A DNA stretch of 64,000 nt. Source: Cetorhinus maximus. Lineage: Eukaryota. Positions 12,741-24,112 of the stretch are shown here, piece after piece. Location: assembly GCF_964194155.1 (NCBI RefSeq), contig NC_135887.1, forward strand, positions 8,184,001-8,248,000, given 5' to 3'. The translations under genes were made by a program, and so were the position numbers. How positions within the stretch are numbered: the first letter of the stretch is position 1; every line of letters starts with the position of its first letter. The notes beneath the pieces were generated by a model. It searched no databases, had not been told where the DNA came from, and saw nothing but the letters and a program-made list of their open reading frames with translations.

Positions 12741-13965
12741 ATGGAGCCTGGTGAACTAGCTGTATGCCCCATGGCTTACAGAGAGCAGAGGCAATGGAGA
12801 AGAGAGCGACAGAGGCGCCTGGCTGTGCAGAGGCAGAAGCAGCACCCTCAGGAAGAAGGGGTGACTGGGGCTCCCACACACGCCGCTGAAGAGGCACAGT
12901 GACCCGTTGCTGGTCGGTGCCTAACTAGACCCAGGGCTCGTCGAGGCTGCCTTTCATTCCTGCAGATGACCAAGAGCCAGTGTCACCGTAGACTGCGCGT
13001 GTCTAGGGACTGGTCGGTCACATCTGTGAGCTGCTGCAGGATTTAGCACCAAAGGGGGCATGGAGGGCATCCACTGCCAGTGGCTGTGAAAGTGACTGCG
13101 ATGCTCAATTTTTACACCAGTGGCTCTTTTCAGGGCTCCACTGGTGACCTCTGTGGGATATCACAAGCCTCCCACCCCCACCCACAAATTCATCCATGAG
13201 GCCACGGATGCCACCTTCTCGAAGGCACACAACATTTCACCCGGGAGCAGGAAAGCCAGGATGCAAGAGCGCTGGGATTTGCCCAGATCTCAGGTTTCCC
13301 ACAGGTGCAGAGTGCCATCACGTGGCGCTCAGATCCCTGTCGCAACAAGTGGTCAACTATGTCAACCGCAAGGGCTCCCCTTTGCTGAATGTGTAGCTGG
13401 TCTGCGACCACCACAAACACATCTTGCAGGTCTGTGCTCGATTTCCAGGTAGTATCCACAAGTCCTACATTCTTAGTCAGTCACAGATTCCTGATGTCTT
13501 CCAGGGTCCACTGAGGCTGCAGGGATGGCTCCTCAGGGTCAAGGGCTATCCACAGAGGCCGTGGCTGATGACACTTGTGTGGCAGCCTCAGACTGCAGCA
13601 GAGTGAAGGTATAACAAGGCTCATGCTGCAGCTCACAACTTGGTGGAGCAGACCATCAGGATGCTGAAGATGAGGTTCTGGTGCCTGGACCAGTCTGGTG
13701 GAGCCCTGCAATATAGGCCACAAAGCGTGTCACACATCGTCGTCGTCTGCTGCGCCCTTTGTAACTTGCCGCTGCAACAGGGAGAGGAGATGGAGGAGCT
13801 GGAGGTCACCTCCAATGAGGAGGACGTCAATGGGATGAGAGTCAGGAGGTCCTCGAAGGTGAGGATGATGGTGATGAGGCCATTGCACTGGCCAGATGAG
13901 GCAAGCGTGCTCGGGAGGCCCTCATAGCTGCCGGATTTGTGGAGGATGATGACGACATGCAGTGA
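12741..13965 (+). pseudogene. HARBI1-like transposase pseudogene
   Basis: SFLQMTKSQCHRRLR, AVKVTAMLNFY, FPQVQ, NRKG, QVCARFPGSIH, KGYP, VEQTIRMLKMRFWCLD, VVCCALCN and an acidic tail; stops and frameshifts. The first catalytic D is deleted and the second reads V. Confidence 0.88.
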
Positions 13966-14639
13966 GGAGACACCACAGATTGTCACATTGTACCTGTGAA
14001 TGTTTGACTCCAGTCTGGCTTGTGGCAATGTGTATACCCCCTGTGAGAAGGCTCCTGTCATGGAGACGCAGCACAGGCCCGAATCGTTGCCTGATTCCAG
14101 GAGAATGATGACAATATGCAGTGAGGACGCTCCATACACCTTCACGTAGCCTCTGAGAATGTATGGCTGAGGGCCACTCGCACTCTGTGACCAGGGCCGT
14201 ATCCTACAGGGGCAGCCCTGAAACTTTAAATGCACCTGATCCTTTGTCAGCCTTCAGCACCTGACCCCTTCAGGACCACAGCGGCACCAGACACAGAGGC
14301 TGAAGAGATGGGGGGGCCAGCCCCACCTCAAAGCTACTGAGAGAATGATGGTGCTCGATGATGCCTACCCACGACATTCTGGCAGCAATGACGAGCACTG
14401 TCGAGGTGCAGGCATCAGTAATGTGTCCAGGGAGTGTGAGGCTGGACCCTCACTTTGGCCTGAAGGTTGCACAAAGCACAGAGAAGAGGCCCTGGACTGA
14501 GACACCTGCCTTTGTCTTGTGCAGGAACCAAGGTTTCACATCTGAGTGACATGAACCCCGCTCATCAAACAAGGAGCAATAAGCAGGGAGACATTCTTGG
14601 GAGATTACATAATATTCACAATTGTAAATACAGGAGATT

Positions 14640-16290
14640 AACACCCGTGCCCAGACTGTGCAACTACACCTTCTTAACCTTCCTAATCTTCCCTGACGCT
14701 ATGCCTTGGTGCTCCCTGGACGTCCACAGTGGAGGTGGAGGTAGCCTGTTGACTGCTATACCTGGACTCTGATGACCTTGGCAGGTGTCCTCTGGAGGGC
14801 CCCGACCTGCTTTTGGGGTCCAGCTATGTGGCAGTGGGACCCTCCTCGGCCTGTGGAGCTAGAGCTACTGGGGTCACAGGAAGAGGGGATTTGGATGGGC
14901 CGGACACTCCCAGAGTCATCTAGGTGGATGGCCCCGGGGCGTGCGCTTGCTGAACTCCTTCCCCATGGGGGCCTGAGGGGATGGGGTAGCTGGAGTGAAA
15001 TCGAGCTGCCCCAATCCCCCCCTCGTGTTGACACTGTTGGAGGCCAGCTATGGCGTCAGTGATGGAGTTCATCCCACGCAGCAGTGCAGGAGCGACGTCC
15101 TGGGCTAAGGTCTCTATGGTGGCCACCATCCTGCTAGTGTTGACCTCGGTGCGTTGCAATGCCAGCGCCATCACCTCAGACTGAAGGCGGACAGACTCCC
15201 CCATCGTGCCTTGCAATCTGAGGAGTGCAGCGGACATCCCTTCCTGATGTTCCCGAGCTTGGCTTTGCAGCTCCAAGTCCAGAGTTTCGTCATCTGACTC
15301 GGACTCAGCAGATTTCTGGCCTCCAGCCGTCCTCCGAGTGCCTGAGACCTGGGAAGTCCCTGCCACCGCCTGCTGTGGATCAGACAGTGCGACGTGCTCA
15401 CCAAATTGTGACCCTGAGGTTACTCTAGAACTAGGTCCCACCGAGGTGTGTGTCTCTGCGCTGGTGGAGGGTGTGGGTGAGCGCTGTGACAGGACTTCAA
15501 GAAGGGTGCCTTCAGAGGTTTCGTTGGGGCTTGAGATGAGGCCCTGGGTCTGTTTCCCAGATGTGCCTGCGAAAGCAAGGGGAGATAATTAGTGCAGGGC
15601 AGTGGCCTGCGAAACAGGACACATCACTCACAGCCTGGTTGTCTGAGGGATGTTGCACTGCTGGATCCTCATTGGTAGAGCACCACTGACCTCAGCGTCA
15701 GCACAGGAATGGTCCCGGTCATCGCCGGCCAGCTGGCTGGCTCTATTTTCAAATTCCATGAGAACCTTGACTTCAGGCATTCCTCCAACAGTCTGTGACC
15801 TCTCCCTTTTGTTGTGTGCCAGCTTGTCCTGCATGAATAGAGATGGAGAGGCCAGATGATAAGTATGCCTGGCATGTGTGGGTGGTGAGTGGTTCCACGG
15901 ACGGGATGGGGAAAATGAAAGTGTGTATGAGAGAGTGAATGGTGGTGTGTCCCTTGAACTATCAGTGAGTGTGATCCTTGTGGATGTGTGGGGTTGTGAG
16001 CGTGTGAGTTGAGAGTGATGAGAAGAGAGACTTACCCTGGCAGAACGAAGGTGATCATTCATCCTCTTGCGGCACTGGGTGGCTTTCCTCTTTTGCAGGG
16101 CATTGGTGCTAACCATCACTGCCACCGTCTCCCAAGCCGGATTGGTGATGTTGCTGGCCCTCCTGCGGCCAGGGCTGGGGTATAGGACATCATCGCAGGC
16201 CTCCACGATATCCAAAAGGCACTCAAGGTTCACGTCACTAAACCGGTCGGTGGGTGGGGGTGCTGCAGTCTTCTTGCTCTTTGTGACCAT
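14640..16290 (-). pseudogene. Spliced Myb/SANT-like (trihelix) DNA-binding gene of the Harbinger element
   Basis: Exon 16290-16036 (MVTK...RFSDVNLECLLD...AWETVA...TQCRKRMNDHLRSAR) then GTAAGT; exon 15828-15632 (DKLAHNKRERSQTVGG) then GTGAGT; exon from 15566 after TTTCGCAG. The 3' end is approximate. Confidence 0.82.
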
Positions 16291-17369
16291 GTCTTCTGTG
16301 CAGCAGTCCTGAGCTGGAAGCACGGAGAGGTGTGAGCGCTTTAAATATGGTGCCCAGCGTGAGGAAGCGCTGAGGTGATGGTGTTGCCGGCGAACAAGAG
16401 CTCGTCTGCCATCGAAACGGCATGCTTCCCGGGAATGCACAATTAGTGCAGCGGGATTGGGATGATACCGTGTGAGAAGCCGCCAGTCGGCAAATCGTCG
16501 TTTCTCCCGCCCGCTATCGCACTTAGTACAAATTTGGGACGATTCCCCCCTCAGTCTTTGTAGGTTTAACTTTCAATTAGGATTGAGGCACTGCTCGGGC
16601 ATCATCACTGTGATAAAGTGAGAGGTGGCCACACCTCACCGGAAACCTTCTTAAAATGACAGAGTCAAATCCTCAGATTGTCTTGTCCCCTGAGAGACCA
16701 GAGGAAGCGATGTTCGTCAGTCGAGCATTAAGACCCAAATTCCTGCTCTTTCCCGCTTATTGTCCTATTTGGTGAACTTTGCGGTTGCACAGCTACTGGT
16801 CTTAAAAATCTATGTGCATTATTTTCAGACTGAGCCTATGAAAATGCCTTTTTTTGATAAGTCACATTTATATAATTTTGAAAGTATTTGGAATATTGTT
16901 TTCCGGCTGTAACTTTTTAAAATGAGCAGCTGTTTTCTAGCGGTCACATTAAAGCTGTCGGCAGCTTTAGAAGTTGGTCACTATGCATTCCAGAAAGGGC
17001 AATATAGAGATTTATTGCAGGGCTTTCCATTGTATTCTTTTAATGGAGAACATGCGACCAACGCACTGCTCAATCTGGTGGATGAAGTGTAAATTCTGAA
17101 ATTAGTTAATTGGTAAAAAGGGCATTCCTGAAACCTTAAAGAAAGCCCATCTTATTCATCAGCATTTGCCTGCCAGACAGATGAAACATTAATACTGATG
17201 AATAGAACTGGGCCAAGAGTTCACATTTACAAAGAAAAGATGCAATGACGGAATAAATGCACTGAGTCGTGTGCAAAAATAGATTGCTATTTCAAATAAA
17301 ACCTAAGGAAAAGCTAATGGATTATTCCAGCATATTTCATTTTTGTCTATCCCAATGCATAGAATAGAA

Positions 17370-17640
17370 TCATAGAATGCTTTCAACACAGAAGGAGGCC
17401 ATTTGACCCCATTGTGTTCATACCAGCTCTCCACAAGAGCCACTCAGCCAGTCCCACTCCCTTGCTCTTTCAGTGTCACCCTGAAGATATTTTCCCCTTC
17501 ACGTGCCTATCCCGTTCCCTTTCGAAAGCCATAACTAAGCCTGCCCCAAAACACCTCCGCAGGCAGTTCATTCCAGATTCTAACCATTCGTTGTTTAAAA
17601 TAGGTTTTTCCTCAGACCAAAACACCCCCCAAAAACAATT
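17370..17640 (-). mobile_element. CR1-type LINE 3' tail
   Basis: ATAGAATCATAGAA tail, GAAGGAGGCCATTTG, TTCCAGATTCTAACCA. Confidence 0.6.
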
Positions 17641-19299
17641 AACATCATAAATCTCACTGCTTTGCTTAGGATCATGCTGTGTGAAAATTGGCTGCTACAT
17701 TTACTGACAAAACTCGTCCCCAGTTCAGTACCAACCGGTACTAAACTGACCAGTTTCTCACTTGGGCCACGAGAATGGCTAATGCAGGATATTATAACTA
17801 CACACTGGTGCAGAAGGGATTCGCTTTTGAGACTGTGGTTGGGGTGCATTGATCAGACAGAGCTATACACTATTGCTTGACCCAAGGGCATTTGCTTTCT
17901 GATATTGGGTAGTGACATCGGAGGAAAGAACGAGCTGATACCCTGCACCATGAAGGGAACAGACCAAAGAAAAGCCTCCGCTCCATCACTTGAAAGAAAT
18001 GAAATAAAAAAGATATTTTTTAAAAATGTAAAGTGACATGTCTGGAGCAAAATGCGGCCCTCATATGTTTTAAAAGTAATTTTAACTGTGCTGAGTGCCT
18101 TCACGTGTGACTACTTAAATACTGCAATCCTTTCACTAAAGCCCAATTGCCACAAACTATTTCACTCTATCAGGGCTGTAAATATATCAGGAACTGGCAG
18201 ATGTGCATTACTGACAGCTTAAGGAGAGAAAAGCAGCATGTTCAATTACAGCAAACAATTCAACTGGAAATTCTTGACGTGGATTCAAAATGTGATTCAT
18301 GGACTGACTAGCCCAAATAAGGAGCTGAATTTACTGCATCTTCAGGTTGTGACTCCATCCCAAACTATGAATATTTAGTAAAAAGGATTGTGGTCCAAGG
18401 ACAATCAAACTCGATTGAAAACGTTGAACATTGCGTTCGGAGAGTCAATTAGTACTCCGGCACTTGGATGTTTGGTGATTATAGGCATTGATTTCTACTG
18501 ATGTAAGGTGTGGATGTCACTGCCCCTTGAAGGCTGAGCAGTGGATTAGATTTTTCACCAAGGGTTCAGTTTTTTCAGCTGCATGGTTAGTGAAATAAGA
18601 GTTTAGGGTTTTTCAATGTAGTCAGAGTTTCATAGTTTCCCAGTTCACAGTAAAGCTGGAAACTTCGACTTGCCAGTTACCTACCATCGAGCAGGAGGTG
18701 AACTTGCATTTCATGGGTGTGTAAGAAACATCCTTGTCCTTCGATCACAGGTCCATTATGGTTTCTTTTCTTCCATCTCCAACATGTACCATATAGTAGT
18801 CCTTTCCTGTCTCGTTGTCTTTCCATTTGTCAACGCCAAAAATGCAATGTATTCCTTTTAGCATAAATTTAGACCAAAGTTTAAAAAGGAAATTTTAAGA
18901 TCCCGCGCCCCTGTTTTAAAAAAAAACAAAAACCACAAGGAATTATGATTTTATTTTATTGGTCCTCTTCTAACTAAACCTCATTTTAAGATGCACATTT
19001 TCATCTGCTTAATCTTAGTTTCAGATATGATGATTCCATTTCATGGTATCCTGAGCTGTACATCTTAATTTGTTTAGCAGCCAAGTGGCAGTTGTCTTCC
19101 AGTCAGAATGGTGTGTCAGTGAGTACATTGTAGTGTGTAGTGGTGATAACCGATAACCCACTGCTGCCTTCAGTTGGTGTCAGTCGCCACCTTGGTTGAA
19201 CTTATTCTCACACTATTATATTATATCTATTATATCAATGACTGTCTCTGTGCTACTTCCTGCTCTTGCACTGAGCTTCAAGGAAATTCATTCATATTG

Positions 19300-19810
19300 G
19301 CTCAAATTTCCACCGCTTCCTCAACTTTGTGTGGCCCTTCCCTGGCTCTTCCCTCCCCTTCCTAGATGTCTCAATCTCCATCAGGGAATGACATCTACTA
19401 CAAGCCCACTGATTCCAGAACTACTTGGATTATACTTCTTCCCACCCCACTACTTGTAAAGACCCCATTTTCTTTTTCCAATTTCATCAACTCTGTTGCA
19501 GCTGTGCTGGTTATACCACATTGTTTACCAAAACTTTGTAAATGCCTTCCTTTCTCTTCACCCTGGTTGACGAAGCCCCTGATCAATGTTTCCCCATTTC
19601 CTTTGCTTCTCCCCTTCTCTCTCCCTTTGGAACCATGATATAGTCCCCCGTGTTTTGAACCTTCCACCCCACCGGCCTCCATGCTTAACTGATACTTTGG
19701 CATGGCAGAAATGACAAAAATGGTGATTACTGCCAAACACGTCTTTCCCTCCTTTTTCTATGTTCCAAAATGCTTCTTCTGTAACACCCTGGTTCACTAT
19801 TCTGCCACCC
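19300..19810 (+). mobile_element. Old Penelope-like RT fragment
   Basis: Degenerate PFLDV...DIYYKPTDS...YLDYTSSHP...FSNF motifs of Penelope RT. Confidence 0.65.
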
Positions 19811-21324
19811 GACCACTGGTAGGAAGCAGAAGTTATTAAAATAAACTCATACTTATTAAGTGAAATAATTGCACGTTGGAATTTTTGAATGCATGTGCTT
19901 TCTAATACATCCCATAGCAGAGCTGATTGTTGAAGACAAGGGACCATTGCAACACAGACTGTTTCTGTTTGATGAAATTCTATTAGTACAATAATATATT
20001 TTTGTGAAGTCTGTCACTGTTAACCCAGAGAGATAAACCTAGCAGTGTTGATGAGATGGATGGTTTGAGTATGGAATATTCATTCCCTTCTGCTATTGAA
20101 TCCCCTCCTCCCCAACCCCCCCACCCACCACCAGCTTATAGAAAACTGATCTGTCACTTACCCTACTAATCATTCGGTGTTTAATGGACCCAAACGGAAC
20201 TAGGCTTTTAAAAGCCGTAGCATGTGTGACAGGAGCCTTTCTTGTACTGCGAAAGATCTATTATAATATGTGTTGTGCAGAACACTTCTTTGGTAATCAA
20301 CTGTAGATTTCTCAGTATTACAAGCCCTTTATCTTATGCATCTATCATAAACCTTAAATATGAAACATGGTGTCAAATGGTCAGAAGAGCAAATGATAAT
20401 GCATTCTGCCACTTATTGTCTCAGTAACTCAATCACAAATGAGTACAAAAGTTTTGTAGTCCTTACCCTGTGAAACTTGTGTAATTCCAGGCAGCACCAT
20501 GTATACCCTGAGATGATACATTCCCAGCTGTTAAAGGGTGAAGCTGCTCCTTTCACAGTGAATATTAATATTAAAGCTGCACATGGTGGGAGAACAGATC
20601 ATGCTGTGTCGCCAGTTCCGTTCTGTTGAACCCCAGCAAGAATTTTAGCGTCATTCAGTTCCCGTTAAATAAAGAGAAGTGTAAAGTATCACAGCTTTGC
20701 CAGGCTACTGTTGTCTTCTATAAAAAGACATGTTTGGAAAACCGATTTTCCTTTGTAAGCAGATGTTTGTGATGACGTAAATCTCACCTGAGAGGTGTCT
20801 TTGTATCACTATTGCAGCATAACATGACTGAGGTAAAAATGTTGCAGTGACTTAATCTCAAATTAAATAGCTTGCAAAAACTTTATTAATGAAGGAAGTG
20901 TTCAAATTTACAAATTGTTTAATTGTTGTCCCATTTTTAGTGGATTTCATTTTGGCTCTTTCCTCAAATCTCTTACTAAATGTTTGTGTTGATCGAAACC
21001 ATGTTATTCACACTGGGATATGGATTCTTTTCAATTTTAGATGAAACGAAGCCAATGACAGACTAAAGATTCCTGTAGCTAACCCAATGATTTGCTTAAA
21101 CCTCGGGCTCCAAAGAGTGCAGCCTCAGCACCAGTTTGGCTCGGTTAGTAACTCAGTCACCATTGAGTCTTAGAGCCTGAAAGTTCAAGCCTTTCCAAAG
21201 CATCTAAACAATGGGCCAAGCTTTGCTGGAAAGAATTACTGTCTGAATGACACACACCATTAACAAGCGGTGGCAACTCGTGGAAAGGAAGAGACACCCC
21301 ATGGATTGCGAATCACCACAAATT

Positions 21325-21610
21325 AGAAACACAGAAAATTTATGGCATGGAAGGAGGCTGTTCGGCACATCATTCCTGTGCTGGCCAAGAAAGAGCTATT
21401 CATCCTAATCTCTATTTCTGGCTCTACTTTGTAGCCAGTAGGTTATGGCACTTCAGCTGCAGATTCAAGTGTTTTTGAAATGCTGAGTGTTTCTGTTTCT
21501 GCCACTCTTGTATGCAGTGAGTTTCAGACCCTCAGGGTGAAAAAAAATTGTCATCCACTCTCCTCTAATCCTTGTGCCAATCGCTTTAGATCTATGCCTC
21601 CTAGTCATTG
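21325..21610 (-). mobile_element. CR1-type LINE 3' tail
   Basis: GGAAGGAGGCTGTTCGGC...GAGTTTCAGACCCTCAGGGTGAAAAAA, reverse of a CR1 3' end. Confidence 0.55.
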
Positions 21611-22144
21611 ACTAGTTGCTGGTCAATTTGCATCGCTTTGCAGTTAGCTTCATGAGAGCATCATCTCGCTCTTTCTTTAACCTCCATGTCATTTTCGTGA
21701 AGTTGCTGTATTTGCACATCAATCGCACATTAAACTCATCTCAGAAAGTTAAGTCTAGTCATTAATGGCCTTAATAGCCTTTTAATGCTGTAATAATTGT
21801 TTATAGCTGCCCATCAACTTCCCTTGCCCAGAAAATTATTAACTAGAAAGTGTCTCATTCCTTCAAGTTGTGAATTGTTTTCGATATGAAAATAGTCAAA
21901 TTTAAACATTTTACATTTTTTTTTGGACTTTTCCTTTCTGTCTGTCCCTTGTCTCTCTGATTACAAACTTTATTTCTCTTTTTTATTTCACTATGACATT
22001 GAATTCAAACTCTAATTCGGCCTCTTTTTCAGTTCTTCCTCTCTTTAGTTCTCAAATCTCAATGGTTAAGGAGATGCACTCTTTGCTGCATTGTTTACTA
22101 AGGTTCTTGATGCCCTGTTACCCTTACTGCACTATTTGGGGAGA

Positions 22145-22300
22145 TCAGGTGCCTCAGTCAGTAGCTTCCCTGTCTCTGAACCAGAAACTCTGGAGTCAAG
22201 TTCCACTTGGGACTTGTCCACCATGGAAAGAGCATTCATGACGTGGTACAACAGGTTGATAATCAGCCTCCTAATCCTTCCAACGCTTCCCCACTATTCC
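22145..22300 (+). mobile_element. tRNA-derived SINE (family B)
   Basis: CTCTGAACCAGAAACTCTGGAGTCAAGTTCCACTTGGGACTTG...CAGGTTGAT matches the reverse complement of 10555-10660. Confidence 0.65.
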
Positions 22301-22469
22301 TCAAAAGGAAAAGAAGTGTGCATGTGAAGAAACAAAACAGCAAACTGCGCTATTAGCAGCTTGCACTTCCAGCAACTCCTTGTCAAAACTTTTTAACACC
22401 TAAGTATGCACAAACAATTCGAACTAATAGGGCGCGCTGTGAGCTGTACCACTCCTATTACTTCAATTT

Positions 22470-22712
22470 AGTACTGAGGGGTGTTGAATGGTTAGGTGGG
22501 TGCCATCTTTCGGATGAGACATCAAACTCGGGTGCCATCTACCTGCTAAAGAATGTCAAAGATTCCATGACAGTGTCCTGGTCAGCGTTCAACCCTCGAG
22601 CACTGTCAGCAAAATAAATTAGCTTGTCAATCGTCTCATTGCTGTTTGTAAGACCTTGCTGTGTGCAAACTAACTGCCACATTTTTCTCCAAAACAACAA
22701 TGACTACACTTC
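22470..22712 (+). mobile_element. Deu-domain SINE fragment
   Basis: GGTGCCATCTTTCGGATGAGAC...ATTGCTGTTTG...TGCTGTGTGCAAACTAACTGCC...ACAATGACTACACTTC. Confidence 0.7.
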
Positions 22713-23699
22713 AGTAATATTGTCACTGGACCATGTTACGTCCGCAGCTGATGTTATTCGCTGAGCAAGCCAAATCCCAGAGGGAAACTTGCCTTACTGA
22801 TCATAACTTTTTTTTTGTATTTTGAAAACGAGGGAAAACTACTAATCCCAGAAGCGTATAATCCCAGAAGTGCTTTTAGGATTTTAAAATTAAAAGATTT
22901 ATTAACAAGAAGAAAACAAAAACTTAAACCCGCGAGATTAAAATTACACAGTTAAAACAGTCGTATAAAATACACCCCCAAAAAACCCACTTGGTCAGAA
23001 CACACAGGTAAACTACTTGGCAACAGCTCCCGTATACATTTTAACCAAAAAATTCATTAATATTACCCAAGGCAAAAACTGCTGCTACTTTAATATGGTA
23101 TACCACACAACTTCTCACTCTCTTCCACTCTGCAGTGGATATCCCAGAAAGAAGGGTTCAGAAGCAGACTGCTTTCTAAAAACAAAAACTTCTCTGGCTT
23201 GAAACTGGATGGATGCTTCAAATTCACAACTTATCTCAGCACAGAGCTGGTCTCAGCACATCTCCCCCACACAGCCAACACAATTCAAATTAACATCTCC
23301 CTTAAGTATTTTTTTCCCTTTCACCCGAGATTCCATTGTCCTAAGCATTTCTTTGAACTAATTTTTTTCCAAAATTTATAAGTTCTTCATGCTTTCCTAT
23401 TGTCTCCATTTTCAGGTAAAATAAAGTTTAATAACCTTCCCTTATTTACTTATGAAACCTTTGGAACTTGTAAAAGTCCCTTGTCACTTCTAAACTCCCT
23501 TTCAAATTTAGCAGCTGAAAAGTCAAGTCCTTATCTATCACCTAATGCAAATTTGAAAACCCAACCCATTTACTTGTATATTCAATTTCACCATAGCCTC
23601 TCATTACAAATGCATGCATCCATCAACTTTACCTTTCATCTCTGCTTCCACAGACAAGCTGTCTTTACGAACCTTCCCCCAGTTTAATCACACACACTC

Positions 23700-23813
23700 T
23701 CTCCCTCTCCCTCTCAACACTGTCCTCTCCCAGCTACAACACAGGACTACTCCCTCTCCCTTTCCCTCTCTCCCTCTACAACACAGGACTACTCCCTCTC
23801 CCTCTCTCCCTCT
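23700..23813 (+). repeat. CT-rich minisatellite running into the gap
   Basis: CTACAACACAGGACTACTCCCTCTCCCT occurs twice, ~43 bp apart. Confidence 0.75.
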
Positions 23814-24062
23814 NNNNNNNNNNNNNNNNNNNNNNNNNNNNNNNNNNNNNNNNNNNNNNNNNNNNNNNNNNNNNNNNNNNNNNNNNNNNNNNNNNNNNNN
23901 NNNNNNNNNNNNNNNNNNNNNNNNNNNNNNNNNNNNNNNNNNNNNNNNNNNNNNNNNNNNNNNNNNNNNNNNNNNNNNNNNNNNNNNNNNNNNNNNNNNN
24001 NNNNNNNNNNNNNNNNNNNNNNNNNNNNNNNNNNNNNNNNNNNNNNNNNNNNNNNNNNNNNN
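23814..24062. other. Assembly gap (249 N)
   Basis: Run of N. Confidence 1.
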
Positions 24063-24112
24063 AATACCACCATATTACCAAAAATATTTTTAAAATAACA
24101 TCAATCTTCACA

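Larger units (their letters stand above)
11630..16550. mobile_element. Near full-length two-gene PIF/Harbinger transposon (transposase + Myb/SANT gene, convergent)
   Basis: Imperfect TIRs GGGCGGAATGTTCC (11630) and GGACGATTCCCCCC (ending 16550), 11/14 match; GC-rich relative to flanks; two TE genes inside; no clean TSD. Confidence 0.85.
22734..24112. mobile_element. LTR-like element spanning an assembly gap, inserted in a tRNA-like head
   Basis: TGTTACG...CTTCACA termini; flanks ACCA (22730-22733) and ACTA (24113-24116) form a 4-bp TSD with one mismatch; removing it restores TGTCACTGGACTAG. Confidence 0.7.

Noticed and set aside
15628-16440. 270-aa ORF as an intact host MSANTD gene
   Set aside because: It reads through a 207-nt intron, lies inside Harbinger TIRs and appears frameshifted in exon 2; it is a transposon gene.
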